64,000 bases of DNA from the NCBI GenBank assembly GCA_051362555.1, contig CM120641.1, positions 8,990,001-9,054,000 of the forward strand, written 5' to 3'. The position numbers and the translations under genes are program-made. Below are positions 26,462 to 40,000 of this stretch, piece by piece. The notes beneath the pieces were generated by a model, which was not told the origin of the DNA, did no database searches, and worked only from the letters and a program-made list of their open reading frames with translations. Origin of the DNA: Lingula anatina (taxonomy: Eukaryota; Animalia; Brachiopoda). The stretch's first letter is position 1; each line of letters opens with the position of its first letter.

Positions 26462-26493
<32 letters not shown>

Positions 26494-27251
26494 GGTGTGT
26501 GTGTTATGCATTCCAAAATTTGATTTATACAGTCTTTGAAATGAAGACTTAAAAATTAGTCTAATTCATGATCTGTATGTCCAGGTAGTCTGTCAATCTG
26601 CCGAGATGAGTTTCAAATTCAATTATGCAGAAGACTGAGTATTTTAAGTTGAAGTTGTTAAAATGGTATACCTTTATTGTGAAATAATAAAAAAATGCAA
26701 CACTGTAAACTGCAGCAGTGTTATATACCATAGACAGAGTTCTAGTTCTGGCAGATTGGAAACCCAAGACAGATTCAAATCCAAGTGTACAAAGCGACTA
26801 ATCACAAGTTGAGATTACAAAAAAAAGAGGGGGGTGGTGACTATATATATTTGCCTTTCAGAGCTTAGAAATGTAAGATCACAAATCGTGTTACTTTCAA
26901 GGCATTTGTCTTTCCAGCTGATGCAGTGCAATGAATTTAAAAAAAAAAAAAAAAAGCAAATCTGTCTGCAGTTCATGGTGTTGCATTTTATTTTCCAAAG
27001 CTGTATAAATGGACTAAACATACACTTTTATGAAAAAAAATGTACTCTTACAGATCAAGGCTCTCAGCATACTGCCCAAGGTTGAAGAAATGCAGAATGA
27101 CATGCTCTTCGAATATTTTCCGCAGCTGTACAATGATTATGTCAATGATCCACAAATGGCACCTTTCCGTTATTTTGATCAAGATAAATGTGGTGATGAT
27201 GTTCTGTTCCGTACACAAGAAGATTTTGAGCACTTTGTTCATGATCATTAA
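21988..27251 (+). CDS. ATP5PD: Mitochondrial ATP synthase peripheral stalk subunit d, ~188 aa
   Basis: Five phase-consistent exons: 21988-22118, 24005-24101, 24381-24458, 24796-24858, 27054-27251. MTAKRLTTTSINWALL...AFKQ...RVSSLPESMPEIDFNYYKENVALPGFVEKLEKEYKALKIPYPED...LPKVEEM...EYFP matches the subunit d pattern. AATAAA at 27364 and 27548. Confidence 0.9.
22870..23313. repeat. Long imperfect palindrome (foldback element) in ATP5PD intron 1
   Basis: Arms pair around a centre at ~23076. Examples: GGCGAGTGGCTCTTCTTGG / CCAAGAAGAGTTACTTGCC; GTTGATATAACTTAACAAATC / GATTTATTAAGTTGTATCAGC; AGAGTGATATAAAAACAA / TTGCTTTTATATCACCCT. Confidence 0.85.
24897..26493 (+). mobile_element. Non-autonomous Helentron-type (HINE/DINE-like) element in ATP5PD intron 4
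   Basis: T-run start, 5' inverted repeat ATGTACAGATAC...GTGTCCGTACAT and degenerate (GTC)n. Internal ~160-bp tandem units follow, then 3' subterminal GTACAT, stem-loop GACAGCTTTGCTGCC and a T tail. It is homologous in reverse orientation to 54209-57140. Confidence 0.75.
26189..26293 (+). mobile_element. MITE fragment nested in the Helentron-type element
   Basis: Closely matches 42280-42381 (CATGCCAGA...CTTAAGCTGAAA...GTTAGATTGATCTAGGTA.GGGA.CCCAGTC). It is absent from the second Helentron-type copy near 54360. Confidence 0.6.
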
Positions 27252-28071
27252 TCATCACAGTTTTTACAAAAGACTTTGAAATGGAGCTGTAATGTCATGG
27301 TCGTGAGTGATGTAGAAACCAGCTTTTGATTTTTTTTGCAAAGAATTGATTGGATACTTGATAAATAAAGCAAAAGGTTCTCTTGTGACACACTTTCCCA
27401 TCAAGTTACTGACTGAGGATTTAAGTACAATATCTGCAGAACTGTATCTTAACAGAAACTATGATAAAATGCTGGACAAGTGTTTTAAATAATTTACAGT
27501 TGTTTTTTGAAAGTGTGACAAGCTTGTGATGTTATTCTCAGACATAAAATAAATAGAAAACATTGCGTATAATTTGGTTGTTTGCTCTTGGATAAAAACA
27601 AATTTCATATTTTTTAAATCCTTTATTCCCACTGAAACAAAATCCCATCATTTACACCATCACAAGTTAACATCACATTGGTTATTGTTTCTCTAATTTA
27701 CCCAGCTCAAATGTTATTCTTAAATGGACAGCATTCCCCAATGCCCACATAAGAGCCCGCACACCTCATTTACACCTTGAGGTAACACAACACCAATGCT
27801 TGAAAACAGAGGAAATCAATTTAAAATTGGAAAGAAATAACCTAAAATAAAAATAAATGTAGTTTGTTTTTACTTTTGTATACTTGAGCTACTTAGCAGA
27901 CATTTTATGGATGCATACAAAAGCATTTACACTAATTATTCCCACACAGGTGATGCACATTTCAGTACAGTCTTCATGCTTTATGATCCCATCTGCTGAC
28001 AGGTATTGCACTCAATCACATCATGCAGACAGGGCTCTGTTACGTATCACAGGTTGCTCTTCAGACTTTGT

Positions 28072-31000
28072 TTAAGATGATTGGTTCATAAAAAGCAGAT
28101 CAATCTGAAATATAAATTTCCAGTTTTGTTTAAAAAAAGTTACAGGCACCCCATACTATCACTTATGCTTTGGCAGATGTATTTCTGAATTTAATATGGA
28201 GATTTTTAAAAAGTGAACTTCATCAACTTTTTAAATCCCTCAATAAAATCAAATTTGCATATATAGTCTATATAACATTGACATATTTATAACGTTATGT
28301 TTACCAATTCCCCTTTCATGTGGTTTTTGAACTTTTTGATAACTTCATTTCTAATTCTATCGTCTTTAACTGAAGGCATCTAATACATACCCATTTTCCA
28401 CATAAACCAAATAAATTTACCTGTGTTTTGTACAAGTCCTTTACATCATGCAGGTCCAATCTCAGTTCATCTGCCTCTTCCACTTTTTCACCATACATTT
28501 GTAGCAGTGCATTGTAGCGCTGGTCCAAGTCCTAAAAGTTTTTAGAAATTTATTTGTTAATACCTCTACTCTCAAATTCTTTAAATTAATATAAGTGCCT
28601 GCATTCATTGATTTCTCAATTTAAGAATGAATATGCGCACACATTAGTATGCATAAGTATGCTTTTCTTTTCACTAAAATCCTCCATTTTTAGCACAGGA
28701 AGCTCACTTTTGAACTGGTAGTTTTGACTGCTTATAGTTGTATTCTAAAATACAACTCTTGTGCTTTCAAATGTGATCACCAGAAAGGCTACTTGGTTCA
28801 AGTTGCAGTTGCTTCTGAATGACTAACAAGACTCAAATTTACCGTGAATTTCTGCCGGATCTCTGGCAATTCCTTCACCTCTTCCTCTAATTGTTCATTT
28901 CTGGTAGAGAGTTCAACCAATTCTCTTGCCATGGCCTCTCTGGTTCTTTCAAGCTGTGTAATTTCATCCTGGAATTTTATAAAGGTTACTAGAGCCATTT
29001 AAAAAGGCCGTTTTTTAATGTAAAAATTAAAAGGGTCAAAAGAATGAAGGACAATAGGTGGACAATCAGGCTTACAGAATGGACCCCAAGGTATGGACAA
29101 AGGAAAAGAGGAAGACCAGTCGAACGATGGAGGGATGAATTAGATGACTACTGGAAGTCTTGGAAGAAGAAACTTTGGCCAAACTGGAAATCCGAGGCTC
29201 AGGATAGGAAACAATGGAAAAAGCATGCTGAGGCCTTTGTCCAACAGTGGAACACCATAGGCTCTAAATGATGATGATGATGACCTTCTCTTTATGGAAA
29301 TTTGTATAATCAGCACAAGGATTATTACTGGTCACTAATTTTTAACTTGATCAACAATATATCATAACTTGTCACTTTACAGGAGGCGACAAAAGGCAAA
29401 AGCATACCTGTAAGTGCATCACCTCTCCATCTTTCTGTTTAAGCTGGGCTTGCAAATTCTCCAGGACACTTGCAGCCCCTGACTGACGCAGGCTTTCATA
29501 CAGAGACACCTTATTGCCATTAGCGGCTGCCAGGTAAAGAGATCTCTCCAGAACATCATCCTAAGAAATTCAACACATTCACTGCTTACATCATATCGTC
29601 CACATTATGTTTTATAGTCCACTGAAAATCTCTTTAGCCAGCTAACATGAGCCTTCAAACAGGTACACTGTTGTGGTTTTAGTTACAGAGTTGAGTTTCC
29701 AGGTAGATTTAAATCCAGAATGCTCTCACAGAGAGGGCACAATCTTGTATCTGCACATTTGATAATTATAGGATTAATTCTCTCTTTCAAGACAAAATCG
29801 CTTAATGACATATATTAATAACAAGTATTTTCTGATAATTAAAGATGAGATATAAAAAAATAATTACAGAAATAAGTGGACCATCTCTGACAATATAATA
29901 TTAATTAATACTGACATAAACATGTACCTGCATCAATCCTGATGCCTCTCCCACAGAACTGCTGAAGCTCTGCTGTCTGGATGCTGATTGAGGTGCTGGT
30001 GATGGAGCCTTGGGACTCTGTCTGGCCAACTGAAGTTCCTGGAAATTTAAGTCTAATTCTTAAAAATTGTGCTACCATTATACAAATATGTTATATATAT
30101 GTATAATTGGTATATATATAATGTTATCTTCTTCATCTTTATTTGGTCATTTGTTTGAAATCACTACTTTTATTTTGACCTCCACTGACTGTTTTAGTTG
30201 ATGTCAAGAGACATTCAGAGTGTGAAAGTATATGAATAACAGAATTCTTAAACTAAGAAATTAAGTATTCTTATTTTGAAATTAATGGAGTTGAATCAAA
30301 CTTTCCAGGACAGTGAAGTTGTAACATTGTTTTATTTCTGTACATATATCAGTAGATGATGCAATAACTATTTCATACCTTTTCATTTAGTTGATCATGA
30401 GCAATGAGAAGCTTTTTCTTCTCGGCTTCCAATTTCAACTTCTCCATTTCAAGTTGGTTTTCCACAAGGATCTGAAGTAAATCATATGCTGACTATCTTA
30501 CAATTAATAATTTTATTAAAAGCACAAAGAATATTATATTGTTAAATGAGTAGAATATTTACGTTAATCGTTTGATGCTCTGCATCCCCCCTCTTCCCAT
30601 ATATATACTATCAAGAATTTCAACAAGAAAGTCTTACAGCACATCTGAGATCTCATTTGTAATGCCAAATGTTGCAAGTGCAGTCATTAGGTGTAAATTA
30701 ACAATTTAAAAGATTATAGACCACAGACTTTCAAATTCACCTTTTCCTTTTTGACTTCTGCAAGTTCTTTTTCTAGATTATGCCTCATTGCTTCATACTG
30801 TACACTCTCACTGTAAAGAATTACGATAGGTTAATCAACTGCAAACGTAATAAAGTTCATAAAATGGCAAAGTAACCTTTTGTAATACAATCCTGTCATG
30901 CCCATTTTAAAACAGTAAAATGGCAATTTTGTTATCAAAACAGTGTTTGTGCTGAATAACAATGAGTACAACATTGTTTTCCTTTCTGATATTAATTAAG

Positions 31001-34000
31001 AATTAAGGCACACTGTGTGAAAGGCATTTTCCAAGTGACTTCAAAAGTTGACAGTTTTGAAATATCAAAAATTTTAAATGTACATACAATTTTAGAACTA
31101 TTCACTGTAATGAGAAAAAGCCAAAAAATGTGATTGACTACAAAGTCATTAAAGTTTCTGTACTCTATAATGACAGCAAAGGAAATATATATCCTTTTTG
31201 GTGTCAAAAAATACTGAAATGCTATTACATCAACAGCCAAATTTTCAAAAGTTTCAAATATTTTTCTCATACTAAGATGTGCCAAGACCATAATGCTATC
31301 TACATTCACAATGTATTTTCAGACCAATACTTGTGCATTAAAACTGTGTGTACCTGCTCTTTGCATCCTCAAGCATTTCCACTTTTGCTTTTTCCATTTC
31401 AAGTTGAGCCATTAACCTGGACTTCTCCTGTCTCAGTGAGGCATTCTGTGTTTCCAAGGCTGAAACTTTAGACTGGAGCTCAAGTACTTTCTCACTAGCT
31501 GTTCTCTCTCTCTCCACAGCCACTGCCAACTGACTCTGGGCATCATCTGCAATAAAAAATGAGATTTATGAGACAAATTCCAAAGATCATCCAGTTTCAG
31601 GTCATCAGTTCAGAGCAAATGATTGTCTCAAATAGAAAAGTTTAACGAATCATACTTCTAATAAAAAAATTTGGCATGCTTTCTCAAAGGTATGGTATAG
31701 ATGAATGGAAACAAGGCTCCTGGGAGAGACAAAAACTTTTTTATGTGTGTTTGTTTTAAGACCGGATGGCATTATACAGTTTGTGTACAAATGCCATTTT
31801 TCACACTCAAGCAAAGTTAAAAAATCCATTGTGAAAATTGGCTTACGCAGTCTTTCTGTAAGATTTTTTTCCAAGCCCTCCCAGGAAGATGACTGAGCGG
31901 AGTAAGTGGACTGCAGATTTTCAATTTGTCGTAACAAGGGTCTTGTAGCTACACTGACACTCTGCGTGAGTGTATTGTTTCTGCTTTCTGCCTCTTGCAG
32001 TCTCTGAAACAGAAGATTACAAAACTGAAGTTAAACCAAATTGTCTCAGAGTTTTTCAATGAAACTGAAACATGATAATAATATATCATTGTAATGCAAG
32101 TAATTTCTATCAAGATGAAAGCAGAGGGCTAAAAGTAGCACTCTGCTCAGCATTAAAAGTCTATAAAAGTTAATAATAGTTAATAAAAGTTAATAAATCA
32201 ATACAATTTAACATAACAAAAATCTTTTCAAACCACACATTAAAAATTTTTACAAAGGATAACATGTCTACACCTGACACTGCACTACTCTCACCTGATG
32301 TGCATCTGATATTTCTTGGCGCAACATATCCTCTCTTCTACCATACTCCTTTTCCATTCTAGACAGACCAAGTCTCAAGTCTTCCACCTGGAGAGAAAAA
32401 GCAAAATAACCAACCAAGGACAGAGCTCCTTAACTATAGCCTGAGTAATCCCTAGATCTATAAAGAAGGATAAAAATCAATGAATTAACCCTCAAAATTA
32501 TTTCTTATATAACATTAAGGAATATGTACTATTGCAATAACAGTAAAAAGGCAGTTGTATGCAAGGTGCCAATGTGTGTATTACTTGCTCACATTTTTTG
32601 TGAAATATCAACAGGCTGGGTAATGGACAAGAGATTGTTTAATCAGCTGACTGACAGTATCAACATTCAATTTATGGAAGTCCATATAAAAAGGTTTATA
32701 CATTATACATAAGATAATTTTTTAGTACCTGCATCATCAGTGATTCATTCTCTAGCTTGGCTTGCTGCTGCTGCTTCTCTAAGTTGAGTCTTAGTTCTTC
32801 TTTTGCTTGCATCTCTGTACTCAGTGCCAGCTCTTGTGCTTGACTGTCTTTGGCAATATTGGCTTTCTTCAATTCTACTATTTCCCTGAAACGACCCAAT
32901 GAATACATTAAACATTGGTGGAATCTTTTCCGAATTCCAAATTTTGTTCCCCATCCCTTCCAAATCAAGGAGTCACTCTGTGTCCCAAAGTGGCCCTTTA
33001 TTCAAAGATTTGATTGCAGCTGGGTTGGGAGATTAAAAAAAACCCATGTTGGTATTATATCATTTTTAAACTAGACTGGTAAGTCTCAAAATCTATGACC
33101 CAGATCACTGTATAAAAAACAGAATCAAAAGTTGCCAATACACCTACTTGTAGGAACTGTCTAAAATTGATTGTAAACTTCTGTTCTTCTCTGCTGCATC
33201 CTCTAACTCGCTCTGAAATTGATACAAATATTTTCATTTTAAGCAGATAAACCTATTACAGAACAAAACATTTACTTTTGCAGAGCCTAATTTTTATCAA
33301 ATTTATTAACTTCAAATAGTTTTCTTACACCAATTCGAAACAAAATTAGGCAGTATTCAAAAGATAGCATGTTATATACTTCATTATTTTAATTTGGTAC
33401 CTTACGTCTTAATCAATATGCTATATACTACCTATATAGCCAACCAGAGTTAATTTTTTCAAATCATTTTCTTAAATGTTATTGCTGGTCTTTTTTCATA
33501 CCTTTAATTTCCAAATCTCTTTTTCCTGCTTCTGAACTGCTGCATTCAGTTGATTGATTGCATCTAAAAAGAATGGTATTACACCATGGCTTTTATAAAT
33601 TAAGTGTAAAATTAATGTGACAGTTGTCAAAGGGAAACATGTGCAACATTATGTAATGGTCCTTTGCCAACTTATATTAAGATCTGTTTCATAATAACAT
33701 TAAAATTTATTTAATGGTTTGTAAATAAGTTAAGTACTCATTTGATATGTTCTATACTCACTACATAACCAACTAATCAATTACATACCTGTCTGTTTCT
33801 TTTCCAAAACTTCTTTAGAATCTAGCACTTCTTTTAGATGAGATATCTCATTTGCTTGCTCTTCAACTTTTTGCCTAAATGGACATGTAAAATACATGTA
33901 AATATTCTCACTGGTATTATGGCACATATATTGACATATCTGTGATGTAAGTGATTCATAAGAATCTATTGCATTAGTTTCTTTTTAATACAAAATTTAG

Positions 34001-37000
34001 AGAATACAGAGTGAAAGGTATTCTGGGGAAAGTCATATTCACTATCTCTGGGAAGCCAGGAAGGCTTGTCCATCCTTACTTTTTTGACTTAATCAAGCTC
34101 TCACTCTCTTTTTCTTTGGCTCTCAGCTTCTTGATGATATTATTGCTCTGAAGCTGTTGTTTTGATAATTTTTCACCTAAAAGAAAAGAAATACTTCTTG
34201 AAAAACTCTTTAGTTGCAACTGCATACATGACACTTTCAGCAGACTTCATTTTTCATTAATTTTTATTTGTCAATCAAATAATGGATTATCACCAAAATC
34301 TACTAAATTTCCAGAAAATTTTATCGATGTTCCATTATCTGTTTTGAGTGTGGCTGTTAGCTAGTAAATAACAGAGGATAAAACATAAATTCCTTGGTGA
34401 AGCTAATTATCTAACTGTCAAATGGGCAACGTTTAGGTAGAATTATACATTGTACAAACCCTCCTCCAACAGCTCAGCAATTTGCTCATCCTTCTCCTTC
34501 ATTAACTGTATTGTCTGACGGTCACGGATCCTTTACAAACAAGAAAACAAAAATTTGATGAAAAATAGTGGGGAAATGCATCAGTTCTAACTTATATTCT
34601 TGTAATGATTAAATTATCTACTTGTATTGATTTAAGCATGACACTACTGTTTCATATAGGGAGGGGGGAATCTAATTTCTGAGAAAAAAATCAAACATTA
34701 TTTAGATAAAAAAATAATGAAGGTACAACGTAAAACACACTTTTTCTTCAGCTCCTCTTCAGCTGATGTCAACTGCCTCTTCATATTGTCTCTTTCCTGC
34801 AAAGAAAAATAATAAATTGTTATATTTAATTTCCCTAAAGTATTACTCCCATTTCAAACTTCACGTTCAAAAGAGTGAAATTAATGTTGCTATATGACTA
34901 GCCACTTTTGTAACATACTGTAAAAGGACGCATACACACACACACACACAACCGGATACATGCAACATGATTACCTTATAAGCTGCCTGCAGCTTCTTTT
35001 CCATTTCAGTGAGTCTGTGTCCAAACTCTTCTGACAGTGTTGTCACATCTGTCAACTCCTCTTCATGAGATTTCTGCATTTGTTGCAGTTGGCTAGATAA
35101 TGAGATATAAATCAAACATAATTTTTACCCATCAAAGGCTGCCACCTCTTTGGAACACTTGAAAGAATATATTTCCGAAAGGATGCAACAAGACAAAAAC
35201 CAATTTAAAGAACAAAAATGCAATTTTTACAAAGCATTTTCTTACTTTCTCAAAATAGAATTTTCTTCTGACAGGTCCATGTTTTCCTTGCTTTGCTGAA
35301 GCAGCTTGTTCTCTCTTGCTTCTAAAATTTCTGCAGTTTCAGCTAGTTTCTAAAATGGCAAACTTGATATTCAGCCAACAGATAATAAAATGTCTTACAC
35401 CTTCACTCATCAACAATATGCTGCCCAGAGAGATACAGTTCTGACTTAATATTATAAAATATATCAGGAGGATAAATATGATTAAAATTTATTTCAGAAA
35501 GGATTAAATTGGTCTAAAAAAGGCATATGAAACAACATTAATATAAATGAGGAAGTATCATAAACCAGAGAGCAAAAAGCTCTGAGAGAAAGAGAGAGAC
35601 AGAGATAGAGATAGAGAGAATGTCATTTTCTTCTATACAAACATGTTATGCACACATCACAAAACAAACAGTGTACTCTCCAATTGGTGTTATCGAAAAA
35701 AGAATGCACAAATTTTATTACTCGAGTTCCAACATACACTTAAAAGAAATCTTTTATTTACCAATAAACATTAGAAGCAAACTGAAATTCATGCAAATGT
35801 CAATCACAGTTACAAAAAAATGTGCACATAAAACATTTAAGGAACATGTCATGTGCTTGATACCACATATTTAACTTATTTCTTGGAACTGATTAAAATG
35901 TATTATAAATATATCAATATCCCTTAATGTAACACATCATCCTTTCATAATGATCCAATTGTTATTTTCACTGAACATTTTACCATTTGTAAGCATTTTA
36001 TTTCCAAATCATACCAACAAGCTGTGACACAAGCAAGCCTGTGCAAACATTAAAAAATGCTATCCAATCATTAAGTAAATTTAATATTTTGAAAAAGTGT
36101 CTTCACATAATTTTTTCATAATTGCATTACAGGCTTAGCTTGCATCTGCCACTTAAAACATTTGCCTCATCTCTATAAATCAAGGAAAGGTTGATTTAAA
36201 ATGATTGTCCAATTCGATGAATTTCCTCTTGCCAAATTAAAAAATTGAACTTTTTCTTTCACCAACACCATTTCATGTGACTAACTTCATCAGTTAAAAG
36301 ATGGAATACACCAATAAATGTAGGAAATTGCCTGCTTATTTTTGGCACTTCCATAATCATGTTAGGGTTATAGATCCTCAATACACTGAAAATGTCCAAC
36401 CAAGTCAAGAAAGCTGCAAGTCCATAAGAAAATTATAGGTGATGAAAAACCTACCAATAATGTCTAATATATGAAATGTAAACATCATGTTCCATTTGTA
36501 AAAGTTAATATAAAAAATCAAGCAGTAAATCTCATCTTGAATCATCCTGATTTACCTTAGAACCATATTAAAATTAAAAGAATTTTGATTTTCCATATCA
36601 GACATTATGTTCTCAAGGATTTCCATCAGTATCACATCCTGTTTTCATCAGTTTTCTCCAAAATATCTTGAGTCTTCCTCAGAGGCAAAAAACTGAAATA
36701 GGCCAAGTTTTTGGCCTAAAAGTTTACATCAATTTTTAGACTCTTTGCAAAACGGGGCCACCGATCTTGAAAACTGTTGAGAAAAGGACTTTCAGTTTCT
36801 TAAGACTTTGCAAGGCATGATAATAAGCAGATAGCAGCTTTAACAGAGAGCACACTGTGCACCCAGCTTACCTTGGCCAGTTCAGCATTGGGAAGGTTAG
36901 GGTCTATTGACTGGCAAAGAAAATTAGGGAATCGCTACAGTAGGAATGGTGTTTAATATGAGGCCTTTTTCTCATTGAATGATTTACTTAGACGATACAG

Positions 37001-40000
37001 TTGCATGGGTACATTTTGAGAGACTGAAAACTTAACAGAGTTTTGTACATTAAGATGTTTTTTCTGTATCTGCATACTAGTAGATACTGTGGAAACATAC
37101 ACTTTCATGTTATAAGATAATGCTGGGGCATGAAAAATTCATTGGGGAAAATTTGCTGATTCAAGCTGATTGTGTGACAGCAGGATTTTTTGGGTGAAAA
37201 CAGTAATATCACTTTCACACAGGTCTTCCTCGCCCTCCCAGCTATCAACGAAGTGTCTATTTTTATTACGCTAATATTAAGATAAGTATTTCACATAAAA
37301 GACAAGGGTAAAAGCTATTTTGCCAAATGTGGGTCTTTTTATAACATTCCGAAACCCTTAATAGCTTGACTATTGTGGAGGCACCTACAAAGAGCTCCCC
37401 AGCACTACATGGTCAATTCATAAATTTTCACCCACTGTAGGAAGTGAACTTTAAGGCCCCTCAAAGTGTACTGTTACAACTGTATCACTAAAGTATACCA
37501 CTCAGTGACAAGGGCCTTATTGTCATCAACATTGGTGAAGTCTTTTTGTCAAAACTGTTTTCAGTTGAGAGGGATTATCAAGATTTGTTAGGTATCTTTT
37601 CAGCATGATACCTGATTATGTTTTGCTCATCATAGGCAGCAGTTTAGATCCCTCTTTTGTGCCATCCATCAACATCATATTAAATGTCAGTAAGGTGCAC
37701 TGGTTTTCTATGGTGAGTATATCATAATCAGATACTTATTTAGATTTGAAACCAACTCATTATTATACTTTGACTCACTAATATGATTATTTCATTTTTA
37801 CCTTACTGTAGGGATACTAAACCAAATTTTATTTTAGGAAATATAACTAATTATCTTGGTTCATAACAGTGAGAAATAACTACATTCTCCGATTCCACCA
37901 GTACTTTCATGAATTAACACAGATTGCACAAGGCAACATCACATTGCAAAGCGCTTAAAATTTATAGTCTACTTGCATCTGTAATGTTTATTTTGATTTG
38001 ATATTTGTTATTAGAACCCATTATATCCTATTTTACTTCTCATGCAAAATTAAGTAAGTTTATAAGATAAATATCCATTTACATGCTTCATTACATACAT
38101 GCTACCTGTTAATTATGATGCAAAACCTACAGGCTGTCAGTGACGTCTATCTTTACATAAAAAAGCATTCCATTGGTTCAGAATAATTCAAATGCAGTAT
38201 TAAATACCAATAAAATCTGCAAGCATTAGGTATACCTACCTTTAAAAGCTTTTGAGGATGATAAGGATCTTCACTTTCATCTGATGAAAAACCTAAATAA
38301 AAAGACAAGAATACTTTGATCATGCTAAACAATACTGTTAGTTTCTTAATTAGTGTTTAAATCCATGGGTGTTGTATATATAAAGAATGGTGATGACTTA
38401 ACCTTTTCAAAGGAGAAAATTATGAATTTTACAGATAGATTCAGACTTTTCTAAGGTTATTAATGCTTGAAATTAGAACATTCCTATTGCATGGCAGCAA
38501 CAAAACTGAAAAACAGGCTATCCTATAATTCTATTCTATACAGTAAAAGCACCACATGCAATATAAAAATATAATTTTAATGATTCCAAAATTTTGCATC
38601 TGAAAAATTAATAATTTTCCCCATTAAACAGATCAAGCCATTACTGTAATTTTACAAAGTTGTTTCAGATACAGCTTCAATGACCCTTTTCTTTAAAAAG
38701 AATAATTTACTTCACATTAATGCTGTTATTGTATGTGGATGAAAAGCATAATGACAGCTAGATAACATTTTCAAAATAATCTATATTAAAATTTTTCAAG
38801 CTTACCTTTACTTGAACCATGCCTTTTGTCAGGGTTCTTGCCTGCCAGCAAATCCAGTCTGTCTAGATTTTCTGGGCTCTGTCTGTCATTAGAGCTACAA
38901 CTGTCATGGCTGTCATTGCGGCGATGTCCAGGAACCATGCTTCTCACACTCCTGAAACATACAGCATGTAAGCCCACTGATCATGCTACTGACAAAAAAA
39001 TCTAGATTCAAAACATTACTTAAAATAACATTTGTTAAAGCAAGTTTTAGGGCATTTACATCTTTTAAAAATATTATGCACAACTGGTCATATATGTAAA
39101 AATAAAGAGAGGCTTACTCCTGATGTTAGTTAAGCATTACCTGCTCAAAGCTTGTCGCAGTGGGGACAAATCAAATGGTTTTTCCTTTCCATCTCCGTTG
39201 GGTGTGGGTATGGACAAGATTTCAATGTCTGAAGAATTAGTGGTATCCATTTCATCCCCAGAAGTATGCCCACTATTCTGACTGGATTCTACTTTCACAA
39301 GGTCAGACTTTTCACTGGACAATGGTGATTCCAAATCCTCTGTTTTGGTGCTCTCTGCCATTGCATCATCAATCATACATTTAACAAAGGAAGAACTACT
39401 AGAAGATGACACCATAGACTGTGCCATTGTGGTAGCCTCAGTTTGCTTATCACTTTCTTCACAATCTACAGGTACACTCTCATTTTTAGTTTCAGAAATG
39501 GACAAATTTTCCACAGTAACTGTGTCCTCTGATGTATCCAATTCTGCTTTCTGATTTTCTTCCAATTTGGAACTTTCTCCTTCTGGGAGGTTCACCTCCT
39601 TTTCAACACTTGGAATATATCCTTCCTTTTCAGCAGCACCCTTAACCATGCCGTCACTCCCACAGAGACTTTCTTCAGTTTCCTTTACTTTAATATATGT
39701 GACGTCAGAAAAAATGCTATTACTACTGTCTGAGGAATCTTTCTGTTCATTATTGTGATAAACAGTGATGGTGCTTGATGTATCGCTACTTGTAGATACA
39801 GAGCTTGTGGAATGATCTCTTAAAATACTCTCCAGTCCGTTGTTTGTTAAACTATCCTCTTTCACAACTGAAGACTCAGTTACCTTTTCCACATCAACAG
39901 TCTCAGAGCCAGATTCACTCTTTGGTACACTCTTCTCCTCTGTTTTATCTACACATAGAGCATTTCCTGCTCCTGCAGTGTCTCTGTTGGAATCCATTTC

